Shown here: in pieces, positions 13,501-25,515 of the stretch | How positions within the stretch are numbered: position 1 is the first letter of the stretch | Layout of the letters: each line of letters starts with the position of its first letter | DNA from: Pavona decussata | Lineage: Eukaryota | Direction of reading: 5' to 3' | DNA: 64,000 nucleotides | NCBI GenBank assembly: GCA_977016875.1 | Contig: CDRNST010000097.1 | Coordinates: 868,001-932,000 of the forward strand | The notes under the pieces: generated by a model | What the model was told of the DNA's origin: nothing | The model's database searches: none | Seen by the model: only the letters and a program-made list of their open reading frames with translations | Program-made: the position numbers and the translations under genes

Positions 13501-13929
13501 AAAATTCGGAGAATTAGTTTCCGTTCCTTAAGGGGATTTTCCGCGATATGAATGTTCAAATTTTCACCATATTAATCCGAACAAATCAAACTATGTTGGC
13601 TTACAATACACAAAACCACCTGCGAATTCAAGTTTTCTCTTTTGATTTCTTTGGATGGTGAGAAGAATATTTATATCCAATTGCAAGTTCAAGTAAACGT
13701 AAGCATGCCTAAGCTATGGTGTTTCAGATTGTCCTTGTGGCTGAAATCGTTACGGCACGTTTTATTGCCGGATGTGAAAAGTTTATGCGGCCGTTTATTC
13801 TACGTGATAGGAAGAAAAATATAGGATAACGACGTGCGTACAATATATATAGGGCAACACAAAACCCTTGATATTACTACAATTTACCCTTTTCAATCAC
13901 AAGGATAACGATATACAATTAAACGAGGC

Positions 13930-14150
13930 ATTCTTAAAGCAATCGGACTCCATCCGCGCAGAACTATTTGCTTACGCACACTTACCTTTCACGCACACTA
14001 AGTTATTTATTGTTAAGTTATTTTAATCACCTCACACGGTATATATTAAGTCCTTTTTGAATTTGAAATTTGTCACTTGAAAATGATGTTATGTCGACAT
14101 CGAAACATGGTGTTTTTCCTTCGCTATTTTTTATCATTGATTTTGTATCT
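13930..14150 (+). mobile_element. Penelope-like element 3' remnant with a degenerate hammerhead-like core
   Basis: 13940-13969 encodes QSDSIRAELF, which I recall as resembling the C-terminus of Penelope GIY-YIG ORFs. It is followed by cac-TTGAAAA-tgatgt..acatc-GAAA-catg-gtg at 14074-14112. Confidence 0.5.
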
Positions 14151-14856
14151 AAATCTAATCTAATTCAAATAATTAAAAACAAGAGACAATGTGTATTGTG
14201 AACGGAACACTTCGTGGTGATATCGCGTTACTAGAGCTGTGTTGTTTTTTGAAAGTGATTATGGATGAAAATTATAATACAGGGAGAGATAGAAAAATTT
14301 GCTTTCAGAATATTGCATTTTTTTCATACTGCTAAGCTAAAATTGCTTCATTGATTTCTTACTTAAGGAAAGTAAGTTTTTGAAAACACTAATTAAATAA
14401 ACGCTCAATGATTAGAATATAACGGTAAACTTACAAACTGACAAGCAAGCTATTCTAGACCCGAGTTAGTAGTAGTTAGCTTTGAAAATGTCAGTATCGC
14501 TTTCTAAAAATACGATCTTGGCAGCTTCAATGTACAGTTTAAGTAATCTCTTGTATCACAACTCAGATCTAAGAGCAAAATGACATCAGCTACTTTTCTG
14601 GAGATGGAATTTTCCTTTAAATAACGAAAAATAAAGGACTGACATTTGCACATGTATACATTGTGAACGAAACCTTTTGTGGTGATATTCCATAACTGGT
14701 ATGTCAGTTATTTGTAAAAGTCATCATGGATAAAAAAAAATCATACAGGGAGAGAAGAGACCATAACACATTTTCCTTCAAAATATGATTCTATCCAACT
14801 TTCTTTGCTTCTAGGTACGTCTTTTGGGTAACTCCTACAGTCATCACCAGAAGAAA

Positions 14857-17589
14857 ATGGTGGATAGAAAGTTAGCATTTCTAGTATTTCACGTGCAAGG
14901 GCTTATAATTGCCAAAAAACAGGGAAACATACTGGAGGAGGGAAAGGTCTATAACAATCTGGGCGTTGCTTATTTCCATCTGGGAGATTTTCAACAGGCC
15001 ATAGAGTGTTTCACGCAATCATTAAATATTGTACAAGAGTTTGGGTACAAGGAATGTGAGAAAAAAGCCTCTTGCAATCTGGCAAATGCTTATTACTTAG
15101 TGGGTGATTTCCAAAAAGCGATAAAATATTACTTGCAATCACTACGTCTTGCTAAAGAGGTGAGGGACAGAGATTTGCAGGGATATATCTATGGAAAACT
15201 CGGCGTTACCTGTTACAATGTCGGTGATTTTAAGCAAGCCATAGAATGCCACAAAAAACATCTCAGTATTGTTAAAGCGCTTGGATCCAGGGCTGAAGAG
15301 GGAATGGCTTATTGCAATCTGGGCGTTGTGCATAGCGAACTGGGTAACTTTAAACAAGCCGTAGAATGCCACAAACAGCAACTTAGTATTGCTAAAGAAG
15401 TAGGTGACAAGGTTGTAGAGAGAAAGGCCTATGGCAATTTGGGCAACGCTTATAGCAGAATGGGAAATTTCAAACAAGCGATAGAGTACTTCAAACAAGA
15501 TCTTAGTATTGCAAAAGAATTAAGGGACAGGGTAGGAGTGGGACGAACATATGGTAATCTGGGCATTGCTTACCTTTCTATGGGTAATCTCAAACAAGCC
15601 ATAGAGTACCACAAGCAACAACTTAGTATTTCTAAAGCAGTAGGGGACCGTTCTGGTCAGGGAATAGCCTATCGTAACCTGGGCAGTGATTATTTTGGTT
15701 TGGGTAATTTTAGACAAGCCATAGCGTACCACAAGCAACATCTTACTATTGTTAAAGAAATAGGGGACAAAGCTGGAGAAGGAACAGCCTATGGCAACCT
15801 GGGCAATGCTTATTACGGTTTGTGCCATTTAAAAGAAGCCATAGAGTACCAGGAAAAAAATCTTAGAATTGCCAAAGAAGTTGGGAGCAAGATTGGGGAG
15901 CCAAACGCCTATGTCATGCTGGCCTGTGCTTATCAAGACCTGGGGGATTTTAAAAAAGCCGTAGAGTATTCCAAACAATGTCTTAGTATTACCAAAGAGA
16001 TAGGCGACAGGGCAAGAGAGGGCAAAGCCCACGCATGTATGGGGAAACTCTATCGTGATCTGGGTGACTTCAAACATGCCATTGAGCACCACAAAAAATC
16101 CCTTAGTATTGCCAATGAAGTAGGGGACATGGTTTTCGAGGGAGATGCATACTGTTTACTAGGTCTTGATTATGAATCAGAGGCTTCTTTATCTGAGGCG
16201 CTTAATTGTTATCAATCGAGTATAAGACTTTTGGAGAAAACAAGAAATCTTCTTCAGTCCGAAGATGCATGGAAAATAAGCTTCCGTGATGTCCATCAGA
16301 CTGCGTATACCGCTCTATGGAGAACTCTTTTGAAGGATGGGAAACCTTATGAGGCTTTGTGTGCAGCTGAGCAGGGACGAGCACAGGCTTTGATGGATAT
16401 GTTGAAGAGACAATATGCTGTTGACTCAAAACCATCCGCGTCTGATGAAACTAAGGTAACGATTTCGAAAATGTTAAACGATTTAACTACACAAACAGTT
16501 TTCTTAGCACTTAGTGAAAGTTCTCATAAAGACACGATCTATTTTTGGGTGCTGAGAAACGGCAGAGAGGTTCTTTTTAAGCAAAAGAAGATCGAACATG
16601 GAGAGGCCTCCTTCTTAATGGAAGCTACCCTGAGAGAGATCGGCGCAGGTGTTCGTGTCCAATGCGAGAATCGCTCAATGGATGAGCTTAGTGATGAGCC
16701 CCAATCGACCAGAGAAGCTGTTGGGGAAAACGACCAGTCATGTACTTCCTCCGTCAATTCTTTGCGTCCACTGTATGATGCTATTATTGGCCCCATTGCA
16801 GATTTGCTCCAAGGTGACCAGTTAATCGTTGTCCCGGATGGTTCATTTTGCTTGGCTCCTTATTCTGCTTTGAGCGAATCAATCAGGATTCGCGTCGTTC
16901 CCTCGCTGAGCTCCTTGCAGCTAATCACAGGCGCACCTGATGACTTCCACAGTAAGAATGGCGCCCTACTCGTGGGAGATCCATGTTTAGATGAAGTTCC
17001 CATAAATTTATCACAGTTGCCTTACGCCGATAAAGAAGTCGAGATAATTGGAAAACTTCTGAAGACGACACCTCTCACAGGCAAAGATGCAACTAAAGAT
17101 GAAGTGGTGAAGAAACTCAAGTCAGTTGCTTTGGTGCACATTGCCGCACATGGATGTGCGCAGACTGGAGAAATTGTTTTAGCCTTAGATCCTGGTCGCA
17201 AATCCCAGCCTCTCAGAAGACAAGACTTCATTTTAACAATGTCAGATGTGCAAGCAGTTTGCCTGAGAGCAAGGCTCGTTGTCCTTAGCTGTTGTCACAG
17301 TGACCAGGGAGAAGTTAACTCTGAGGGTGTTGTCGGGATAGCGCGTTCTTTCCTGTGTGCTGGTGCTCGGTCTGTTCTGGTGTCACTCTGGGCGATTGAT
17401 GACGAGGCAACCATGGTGTTCATGGAAAGTTTTTACCAACATCTAGCACATGGTAAAAGGGCCAGTGTGGCTCTTCACCAGGCCATGAAATCTCTTCGAG
17501 AGTCAGAGGAATTCAGTGCCGTGAATTACTGGGCTCCATTTGTGTTGATGGGCGATGACGTCACACTTCAGTTTGGAGAGCAGAAATAA
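14857..17589 (+). CDS. TPR-CHAT protein (TTC28-like), paralogue 2
   Basis: Colinear with paralogue 1. ATG 14857 (MVDRKL), acceptor AG ending 14814, VHIAAHG (His 17149-17151), VVLSCC (Cys 17293-17295), WAPFVLMG, same C-terminus FGEQK. Confidence 0.93.
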   Translation: MVDRKLAFLVFHVQGLIIAKKQGNILEEGKVYNNLGVAYFHLGDFQQAIECFTQSLNIVQEFGYKECEKKASCNLANAYYLVGDFQKAIKYYLQSLRLAKEVRDRDLQGYIYGKLGVTCYNVGDFKQAIECHKKHLSIVKALGSRAEEGMAYCNLGVVHSELGNFKQAVECHKQQLSIAKEVGDKVVERKAYGNLGNAYSRMGNFKQAIEYFKQDLSIAKELRDRVGVGRTYGNLGIAYLSMGNLKQAIEYHKQQLSISKAVGDRSGQGIAYRNLGSDYFGLGNFRQAIAYHKQHLTIVKEIGDKAGEGTAYGNLGNAYYGLCHLKEAIEYQEKNLRIAKEVGSKIGEPNAYVMLACAYQDLGDFKKAVEYSKQCLSITKEIGDRAREGKAHACMGKLYRDLGDFKHAIEHHKKSLSIANEVGDMVFEGDAYCLLGLDYESEASLSEALNCYQSSIRLLEKTRNLLQSEDAWKISFRDVHQTAYTALWRTLLKDGKPYEALCAAEQGRAQALMDMLKRQYAVDSKPSASDETKVTISKMLNDLTTQTVFLALSESSHKDTIYFWVLRNGREVLFKQKKIEHGEASFLMEATLREIGAGVRVQCENRSMDELSDEPQSTREAVGENDQSCTSSVNSLRPLYDAIIGPIADLLQGDQLIVVPDGSFCLAPYSALSESIRIRVVPSLSSLQLITGAPDDFHSKNGALLVGDPCLDEVPINLSQLPYADKEVEIIGKLLKTTPLTGKDATKDEVVKKLKSVALVHIAAHGCAQTGEIVLALDPGRKSQPLRRQDFILTMSDVQAVCLRARLVVLSCCHSDQGEVNSEGVVGIARSFLCAGARSVLVSLWAIDDEATMVFMESFYQHLAHGKRASVALHQAMKSLRESEEFSAVNYWAPFVLMGDDVTLQFGEQK

Positions 17590-17598
17590 AAGACGATG

Positions 17599-18749
17599 GT
17601 AAGTGTTGTTTGAGTTTAGTTCAACTTAGGATTAAAGGATAAATAGGCTAATTAATTAGGATCGGTGGTAATTTTAGTTATTTACCATTTTGTCTAGTCG
17701 AGGATAAAGGACGGTTTGAAAGGGGTTAGAATCTGATAGAATCTTACCTTTTGTGCTAATAGGGAGTGTTTAAAGGGAAGGAATGCCATCGCAATTATGT
17801 ACGCAAATTAGGCAGTTTCGACAAGAAAATCTGAACAAAATGAAATTAAATCAAATAAAAGACTTGAAAGGGCAAACGTGAATTATTTTCCAGGCTTTCT
17901 CTCAGGTCCACAGTTGATCCTAAAAATGACTGATACCTTATCAAGTACATATTTTTCTCTCATCAGTAACTGTTTCAATGTTTGTTTTTCACAATATATG
18001 TTCGCTTGTTTAAATCAAAATTATGCTGTTCAAATTATGTTACATACCTCAGTAACTATTATCAGCCTATGCGCAATGGGCACGCCTCCCGAGAGAAAAC
18101 AGGGTTATTTGACGGTCTATTTTGGTGGATATCTGTTCGGAACGCCTTAATGGCCTTTGAAATTCGAATTACTTGTGAAAGAATATCCAAAGTTTTCTTG
18201 GACAAGATGTCAGCATAAAATTCAGTAACCGGCTACAAAACTAATTCCTTTCTGATTTTCCGTTATTCCCCTTTTGGAAGGGGAAATATCTCGACAAAAA
18301 TGTAAAGTTAGTTAAGGCTGACAATTTCGTAAAACCATTAGCAGCTCGTAAATTCGGAAAAACGCCCCGTGTTCTAAAACTTTCTGCAACTTAAATTTTC
18401 AGCTGAAACATCCGAACCGATCAAAATGTATAAAGTTACACAATCATGCTTCAGAATGGTCATAAAATGACCTGGGAAAACAAAAGACATCATATGTAAA
18501 TTTTCAGGTTGGCAATGGTCATTAGGCGAAGGAATAAATTATTTTTGAGGGAAAAGGAGGTTAAACTCACAATAAAGTTTTCCTTTCTCATCATCTTTCC
18601 CTAAGAGTTAGTTGGTTACCATGACGCAAGGAAGTCTCGGTTTTATATCTGGTAATGAAACCTAACAATCGCATCTTACGTCGAGAAACTTGTCAATTAA
18701 CATCCTCCAAGTCTTTTTAAATAACCTAGCTTATTCTTTTCTTCGGCAG
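17599..18749 (+). other. Putative 3'-UTR intron of TPR-CHAT paralogue 2
   Basis: ATG|GTAAGT donor 9 nt after the stop; acceptor ttcttttcttcggcAG at 18749, followed as in copy 1 by gacaagagaggatg. Confidence 0.6.
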
Positions 18750-19210
18750 AGGGTGCCCACGCTTAGTACAGACAAGAGAGGATGTTTCAGCGAGAATTTC
18801 AGTGGCGCATCAATGATGCCAGTTGAGCCTTACTTCAAATATTACGACCTTAGTGTAAAATCTCAAATTCAGCAGATGAGAAAAGCTGTTCTTTAACTAC
18901 TGTCTATTAATATTAAGTATTATTTTTAGCGTTCTCAAAGCAGGGGAAGGTGTGAAGTTGGTTTTCCCTTATCTCAGTCTTGGAATGTGTGTTAGTCTTT
19001 TTTCATGGGATAACATAGCTGAAAACACGTTCATGACATTTTAACTTGGACGAATTTCATGAATGTGGATATTCTGAAAATTGAGATGTTCGTATGAGCT
19101 CAAGACTTTCTCAGGAACTTGCCTTCAATTATTGTTTATAGTTCTCCACTAAATTTCTTTCAAGTCTGATTGGTTTAAATTGATCACGTGACCTGATAGT
19201 ATTTGTCCGC

Positions 19211-19450
19211 GGGGAGATTTAGAATCTTGTTCACGGCAAACGTGAGATTCACGTTTATGTTTTCTTGAAAAAAATGAGTACATAGATGAGAATGGTACAA
19301 AACAATTCTGGCCCTTTGGGCTAACGCAAAATTACTCAATTTTACTGAGAAACTGAAAACAGCGAGCGGCAAATGATCAGAATAAACATGGTGATGACAT
19401 GGTCATTTTTGCCGTTTGCCTCTTGCCGCAAAGTAGTTCTAAATCTCTCT
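19211..19450. mobile_element. MITE
   Basis: gggagatttagaa..cggcaa / ttgccg..ttctaaatctctc inverted termini. Confidence 0.55.
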
Positions 19451-20084
19451 GCTATTATCAGCGCAAAACCGCGAGGCCATCCGGCGAAAGAGTCTGGATG
19501 AATATAGTACTTGTCCGTGAAAAAAAAAAACCTTCCATTTATTGTTTTACTTCTTAGAATAACAAGCGGGCGGTTTCTTTCGTTGTTTTTTTATCCAGTG
19601 AGTTGTTCATTCGTCATATACATTGGTGAGCGTATATTCGAAATGCCATTCTAAATGTCTGTCCGAATTCTGAAGAATATTTAGCGGTGAACACAAATAA
19701 AAACAATAGTGTTACTGTCTCGGCCGGACTGTCGGCCTAATATCTGTCCTTTCGCCTTCAGGCTAATATTTGTTTTAAGAATATCAAATTTCCGCTGGCT
19801 AACTATCAACCGATAGTCCCTCGACAGGAGCACTCTATCGTGTAATTGGTGCGGTGTAACTAAATAAGCTGCTCGATAGCTGAATCGGTTAAGCTAAGTG
19901 TTAGAATTATACGAAAATTATCTGACATTTAACTAGGAATCTATCTATTATAATTTTTGATAGTTCAATTTCTAGTACTTTCTGGCCCAATGTGTTTGTT
20001 AGTTGCAAGGTTTTCAACACTGTAGTTTCCAAAATTATTAAAGATAGATTTTCTGGTAACGACAAGTGTGGTAGTAAAGTGGTT

Positions 20085-20955
20085 TTTTGGATGAAATGTT
20101 TCGGGACAATTGAGAAACGGATGCCAGGACCCGGTTACTCGAAGCCGATTACTCCAATTCGAGTTTCCGGTCTGATTTGAAGTGTTCTATTTTATTATTT
20201 TACTTTTTTAATGTGCAAAAGCGTTTTAGTTGTCTGTTTGTTTGCAGGTTCAAAGTTTCAGTTTCAATAGAAGCAAGCAAACAACTCAGCAGGCAAGCAA
20301 ACAAACAAGCGAGTAACGGGGTGTTTATATGATACCGGGACGACTTTCACACCTGTACGAGTTCGTGCCGGTTCCCTGTTGTGCCTCTGTATTTGTTTAT
20401 ATGATTTTTTTTTGGTAAAACTAGTGAGCAGCACGTCTACGAACTCTTACAGTTGTAAAGCGATTTATTTTTCTCCTTCGCGTTTCGTGTGACTAACGCA
20501 CACTTCGTCAGGGAGTTTTACAATACAACATAAGTTACCTGTATATATACCTACATAAAAGACTAAAATAAATTTTACATTACGTAAAACTGCACCTACG
20601 CTAGTGGATTTACATGTAGGAAACAGGCAAAAAGGTGTGCAAGGTGTGACATATTTTGTGCGTGACATAATTTTGGGGCCCATAGTTTTAGCTAAAACTG
20701 TGGGCCCCAAAAAACAACGAAACTGGCCTAAATTTTCAATTCGGTACAAAACTAATTCCGGTGTCATGTAAAGTGTTTGACGCTCTTCGTTTCGAACTTT
20801 GCTTTGCGTCTCTACACAGGGTGTAGACGCGGCATGAAGCCAGTTCTCGGCCAACATCTCGAGTTGTACCGTTACCATGACAACACCCCCTTAACAAAGC
20901 AACTAATGTTGCGTATACAATAAGTGTAGCTTTGACAAACATTTGTAATAAAACA
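20085..20955 (+). repeat. Downstream flank of the tandem duplication (homologous to 6610-7200)
   Basis: Same shared blocks at an offset of ~13.5 kb. Confidence 0.8.
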
Positions 20956-21659
20956 ATTTTAAAACCCGAAAAAAAAACGCTTTCCTTATAAGAGTAAAAT
21001 TAAAGTATTAGGGTTTCTCATGAATATCTTTTAGAGTCGAGAAGATAAAGATATTTTCTCGGGACGAAAATAAGGTAATTTTGCAACCGTGAAGAAGTTC
21101 AAGAACTCTCGAATCTCTTTACTGTGGCCATGATATTATCTTATAAACTTATTTGATAAAACAAAATGCTCGTTTTCAGTGCCACTAACTCCATTATGTT
21201 AAGAAAACAAAAACGATTTCGAAGTTATCGAGAGGAGCGTGCACTGCTTGCAGCTCAACTTGAGTGACAGGAAAATGAAAATCCACATGACTAAAATAAA
21301 AGTCTTACTCGAGACCGCCAGGCAAATCGGCATAATTGTTTTCAGGACAAGATTGCTGGTGCAAACTGAAATCCCTGTGGAAAGTGAAACTTCAATCTGT
21401 TGTGTATTTTATACTGAAGGCTTGTTTTTTAAAAACGGTTTGAACATTTGCCCAGCATTCGCTCAACTGTTGGTCAAATCGGTTGGACAGACCTACCCAG
21501 TAGACCGCGGGCTCTGACAAGTTTTTCGTTTTTCGCTTTATCTGGATATGTCCGTGTTGCCATTTTTATATAAGGAAAGGAAAAAAAATAGATTACGCTT
21601 TCATTGAATCCCTATATGCCCTGTAATGTTGACGTTTCGAGTGTTATTTCTAGGTCGCA

Positions 21660-21820
21660 ATCACTCTGACAAAGGGATATAAGCGCTCCAAACGTTAGCA
21701 CTCGAATCTCTTTACGTTGGTCCAGGCCAAATTACCTTATCAACTCTGTTGATAAACCAAACATTCGTTTCCACTGCCCATCGATTCAGCACCACAGTTT
21801 CCATAGAAACTAACGGCCCC
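21660..21820 (+). mobile_element. Decayed retrozyme/Penelope-type repeat with a mutated type-I hammerhead
   Basis: ct-CTGACAA-agggatataagcgctc-CAAACGTT-agc resembles CTGACGA..GAAACGTC with core mutations. The downstream ttatcaactctgttgataa hairpin and gcaccacagtttc are typical of this repeat class as I recall it. Confidence 0.5.
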
Positions 21821-22748
21821 TTATCCACTTGTACTGTAGTGTGTTTGATTTGCATGTTTTTCATTAATAATTAACTCTCAGTTAATTATTCAATAGTACC
21901 GGCTTTTTTTAGTCCTGTCCTTGCCTATTTTAGCCTAATTGTCTCTAAGGAAACCGATGCCGGCTTTCAAGTCAACATTTCCCTGTGTATCTTGATGTCC
22001 GTCGCTTTCTGTTCACCCAAAGAAAGTTTATTAAGAAATTGAGAAGTAATCCTATTCAAAGGTAAGCATTCCCATGCCAGTGAAATGTGTTATTTTAAAA
22101 ACACTTTCCCCCTCCAATTCATTAATAGCAAGATTTCGATAGGATATCAAATCACTGTTTTATTTTTTTTTTTACTCTTCTCTTTTCCTGGCTAATCGAT
22201 GATATATAATATAAGTGTCTTCTGGGCATCGTCCCAACTGAATTAAGAAGATCAATTTACTGAATTGAAGTAATTTTGCTGCGCCAGTTATAGCTGTGGT
22301 AAATAATAAATAAAGTTCCGATATTGAAATAAGATGAGTTTTGTTGCTAACTGTGTATGGCAAACGTTACAGACTACCGCCTAGCAAAAAGCACAAGAAC
22401 ACAATGTATGACTTAAGACTAAAGGAATTTCAGATTCCCAGATATAATACTTAGCTTCTCTTGCACTTAGCAAGCGTCAAAAGCACTCTTCAGCCGGGGC
22501 CTCCACTATGGTCTAAGTTACCGTCACAGAACGTCAGGTTTACGTAACTGCTCACTGTCTGTGGAAATATTTAAGAAGGCGGTCAGAAATTTAGATCACG
22601 AGAAATTAATTAGCAATGGTTGTCAGGACTGGAGTAGTGCTTGCGTCACTAACTGAAGATTACAGCTTTCTCATGTATTTTATGTATAGTTCCTAACTTT
22701 TATTAACTCATTTTAACGCCTAAATACTGTATAGTCTGTATATAGTTA

Positions 22749-22905
22749 CAGTCAAACCCCGTTATTACGAACACCGTTGGGACCAGACAAAGTGTCCGTA
22801 TTACAGAGTGCCCTTATTAAACGCGTTAATTTTAATTAAAATGTAAGGAGCGGGACCAAGAAATCTATCCGTAATAACGAGTGTCCGTAAAGCGGGGTTT
22901 CACTG
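22749..22905. mobile_element. pogo/Tigger-like MITE with TA target duplication
   Basis: TA|CAGTCAAACCCCG ... CGGGGTTTCACTG|TA. Confidence 0.8.
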
Positions 22906-23124
22906 TATCAATTTAGACTGTATTTAATGAACGCGTTGATACTTTTTTAACTCTCGACTCTTGGGCAGGTTTGGGTTAGGTTTGTAAATTTCGGACGATC
23001 AGTTGATGTATTGATGAAAGTTAATTTTTTTCTTTTAACCTGAGGTAAGACCAGCACTCTTTTTGTCCAAATTCTTCTTTTAGCTGTCTCATTCTCTTGA
23101 TTGCACCAGTACCAAGGAATTAAA

Positions 23125-23448
23125 ATGGCAGACGCCACAGATTGTCATGGCAACTGGATATTCGCGGGTCCCGATGGTATCAAACCGTTCTCCCGTTACA
23201 AGTTGCGTGACCCAAGCTACCTTGGTCACACAAGCTACTCACGTGAGCGCACTAGTGACGTCAAGCACATGTGGCGCGCTCCATGGTGGAGTGCTAATTT
23301 TCCCGCCAAAAGGGGCTGGGTTGGCGCCATTGGCTGGAACACGTGGTCATACAATGATTGGAGGCTGCTGAAAAGCGAGCATCAGATCAGAGCTGGGCCA
23401 TTCCGTACGGCTACTGTGCATCGGATCGTCAACGAAGGAGTGTATTAA
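23125..23448 (+). CDS. C4orf45/SPMIP2-like (DUF4562-type) putative microtubule inner protein, 107 aa, single exon
   Basis: aaaATGG start. Motifs IFAGPDGIK, TSDVKHMWRAP and VGAIGW match my recollection of human C4orf45 (IFTGPDYIK, TGDLRYLWRP, VSEIGW) in the same order and spacing. Confidence 0.7.
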   Translation: MADATDCHGNWIFAGPDGIKPFSRYKLRDPSYLGHTSYSRERTSDVKHMWRAPWWSANFPAKRGWVGAIGWNTWSYNDWRLLKSEHQIRAGPFRTATVHRIVNEGVY

Positions 23449-23576
23449 ACATTTATCTTGAAACATAACTTAAGCAGTAAATTTGACAGACTTGACATTT
23501 CGGAGAAAAACAGGAACAACAAAACAAGATTAAACTAAATCCTATTTAATAACTTAGTTTATGTAAAATTATTTTA

Positions 23577-23763
23577 ATAGACCATTTCCGAGTTGCTTTG
23601 AACCTCATTATGAAAGCGAGGCTAAGTCCAAAAAAAAAAGGGGGGGGGGGGTTATGAAAATTCGTTTTCATTAAAATGCAAACAAAACTAATTTTCTTAT
23701 GACAAGTTTTGCACTTAGCCTCACTTTCATAGTGAAGTTTACAGCAACTCGGAAATGGCCTAT
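23577..23763. mobile_element. MITE with long TIRs
   Basis: atagaccatttccgagttgct..gaaagcgaggctaag / cttagcctcactttc..agcaactcggaaatggcctat. Confidence 0.8.
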
Positions 23764-25515
23764 TGTACTGTTAACTTCAAAGTTTATCAGCCACAAATGA
23801 AACATACTTATTGAATATAGGACGAGAAATTAAAGAATTACAGGGGGAGGGCGAGGGAAGATTAAAATATTTAAAATTTTGTCTCCTGTGTTCCGTGGGA
23901 GATAGTTTTGCCCCATTTTTTTTAGATATCTGTGTCGAACTAATACAGTTTGATCTGTTTCTTGTGCTTTAGCTTAAAATTTATAACTGGCAGAAAAATT
24001 TAGGAACGGGAATTTTGTTCTTGTTTTTGTTTTTTCCGGGGATTTATCTACTGTCCGTGTTATCGTGGTGTCCTGAGAGGTGTGCGCAAGGCGAAAGTTG
24101 ACTGCATTCCTCTTCCAGCCATTTTTTTTTTTTCATTTCTAGTAGCCAAAATAATGCATTACTGCTTCCGCGGTATCACGTGACCCGTATAGTGGCGAGG
24201 TGATGCTATGGTTGTGTCATCGTATGGGGGTTTACCCCGATTTCGTTTTGAGTGAAATTTTAATTGAGTTATATACATATTTGAATATTGTGCTCAAACA
24301 TAAATTAACGACTGACCCAACGGCTCGTCTTGACAGATTTTCTGTTCGGAAAGCCATTACTCATCTTAGAATTAAATGGATATAATTTAAATATGAAGAG
24401 ACTGTAAACGCAAGCATTCCATTTTTGTAAGAACTCTGCCAATGTGGAACATTCTTCCTGCGGCAGCTGTACAAGCAGACACGAAATGCCACCCTAAACA
24501 ACGTTCCAAACTCAGAAAACTAACCCCTTTTGCTTTCGGAGGTGGCAAGCAAATATGTCATTTGTTAAAAATGCGAAACTGAAGGTCAGCTGTGAGAAAC
24601 ACAGAAAAACACGCATGCGTACCAGGAAATGAACAGAAAGCCTAAATTACGGGGCAAAGAAAATATTGGCTTCCGGTTCGGGAGTGTAACGGATATAGTT
24701 TTGAGCTTAGGTGCATGAAAAAAAGAAAATTGTTGAAGAAAAATTATTCAGTTATTGCCCAACCCTCCCTCCGCCCCCTTGACCTTGCCGGTGGTTGTTG
24801 GGGTGTGCAATCCGATTCCTCTTCCGATGAGCCGGTTCTTCAGATCAAAATATACCAATTTCCATATAATGCGTGCATGCTTACTTTTACACTAAGCTGC
24901 TAAAATCAGAATCACGAAACAGACAGCAAGGGATATTTGTGCTTAGTGGATCACCCATATTTTCACAAAGGATCACTCTAATGATCTAATACGAAAGGAA
25001 CAGACCTGAATACCAGCCCCTGGATTTCGGATTTACAGTGGTGTTTCATGGATTTCATGCCGTCACGCAGTAGCGTGACCAATTCATGAGATGCCCGTTT
25101 GTTTACTTCTTCTTCTTCTTTTTTCGTCGTGTCGATCACCCACCCCAGACATCTGCCTTTATATGGCTTGGTTAAACGGTGTCGAAACAATGCGTTAACA
25201 AATATGCGAGGCGTGCAATGCGAATCGGCATGAGGCCGCTTATTAACCCTCTATGGCTTTCTTGTTTAGTTTAATTTTTTGCGAGCCAAAGTTGTCAGCG
25301 GTTGTTTCAAACTGCGGTATGTACCTCATGTATTTCTTAATGTAGCATTGTAACATTTTCCAAAATGGTGAAATCGTGAAGTGTCAGCCACGTGCAGTAC
25401 TCACAAAGCAATTTCTTCCTTTTGCATTAGCACTGTTGCCTAGTGAATTCATTTTAAACTTAAGATAAACTTTAAACCGACTTTGGTTCGTAAAGAGTGA
25501 GAAAAATCGTGTAAA

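Noticed and set aside
1971-17231. Minus-strand ORFs overlapping the two TPR-CHAT CDSs
   Set aside because: Antisense shadows of the repetitive coding strand.
1455-17589. Type III-E CRISPR (Craspase) or other prokaryotic defence locus around the TPR-CHAT genes
   Set aside because: No cas genes, arrays or operon structure; the context is eukaryotic with splice sites and animal repeats.
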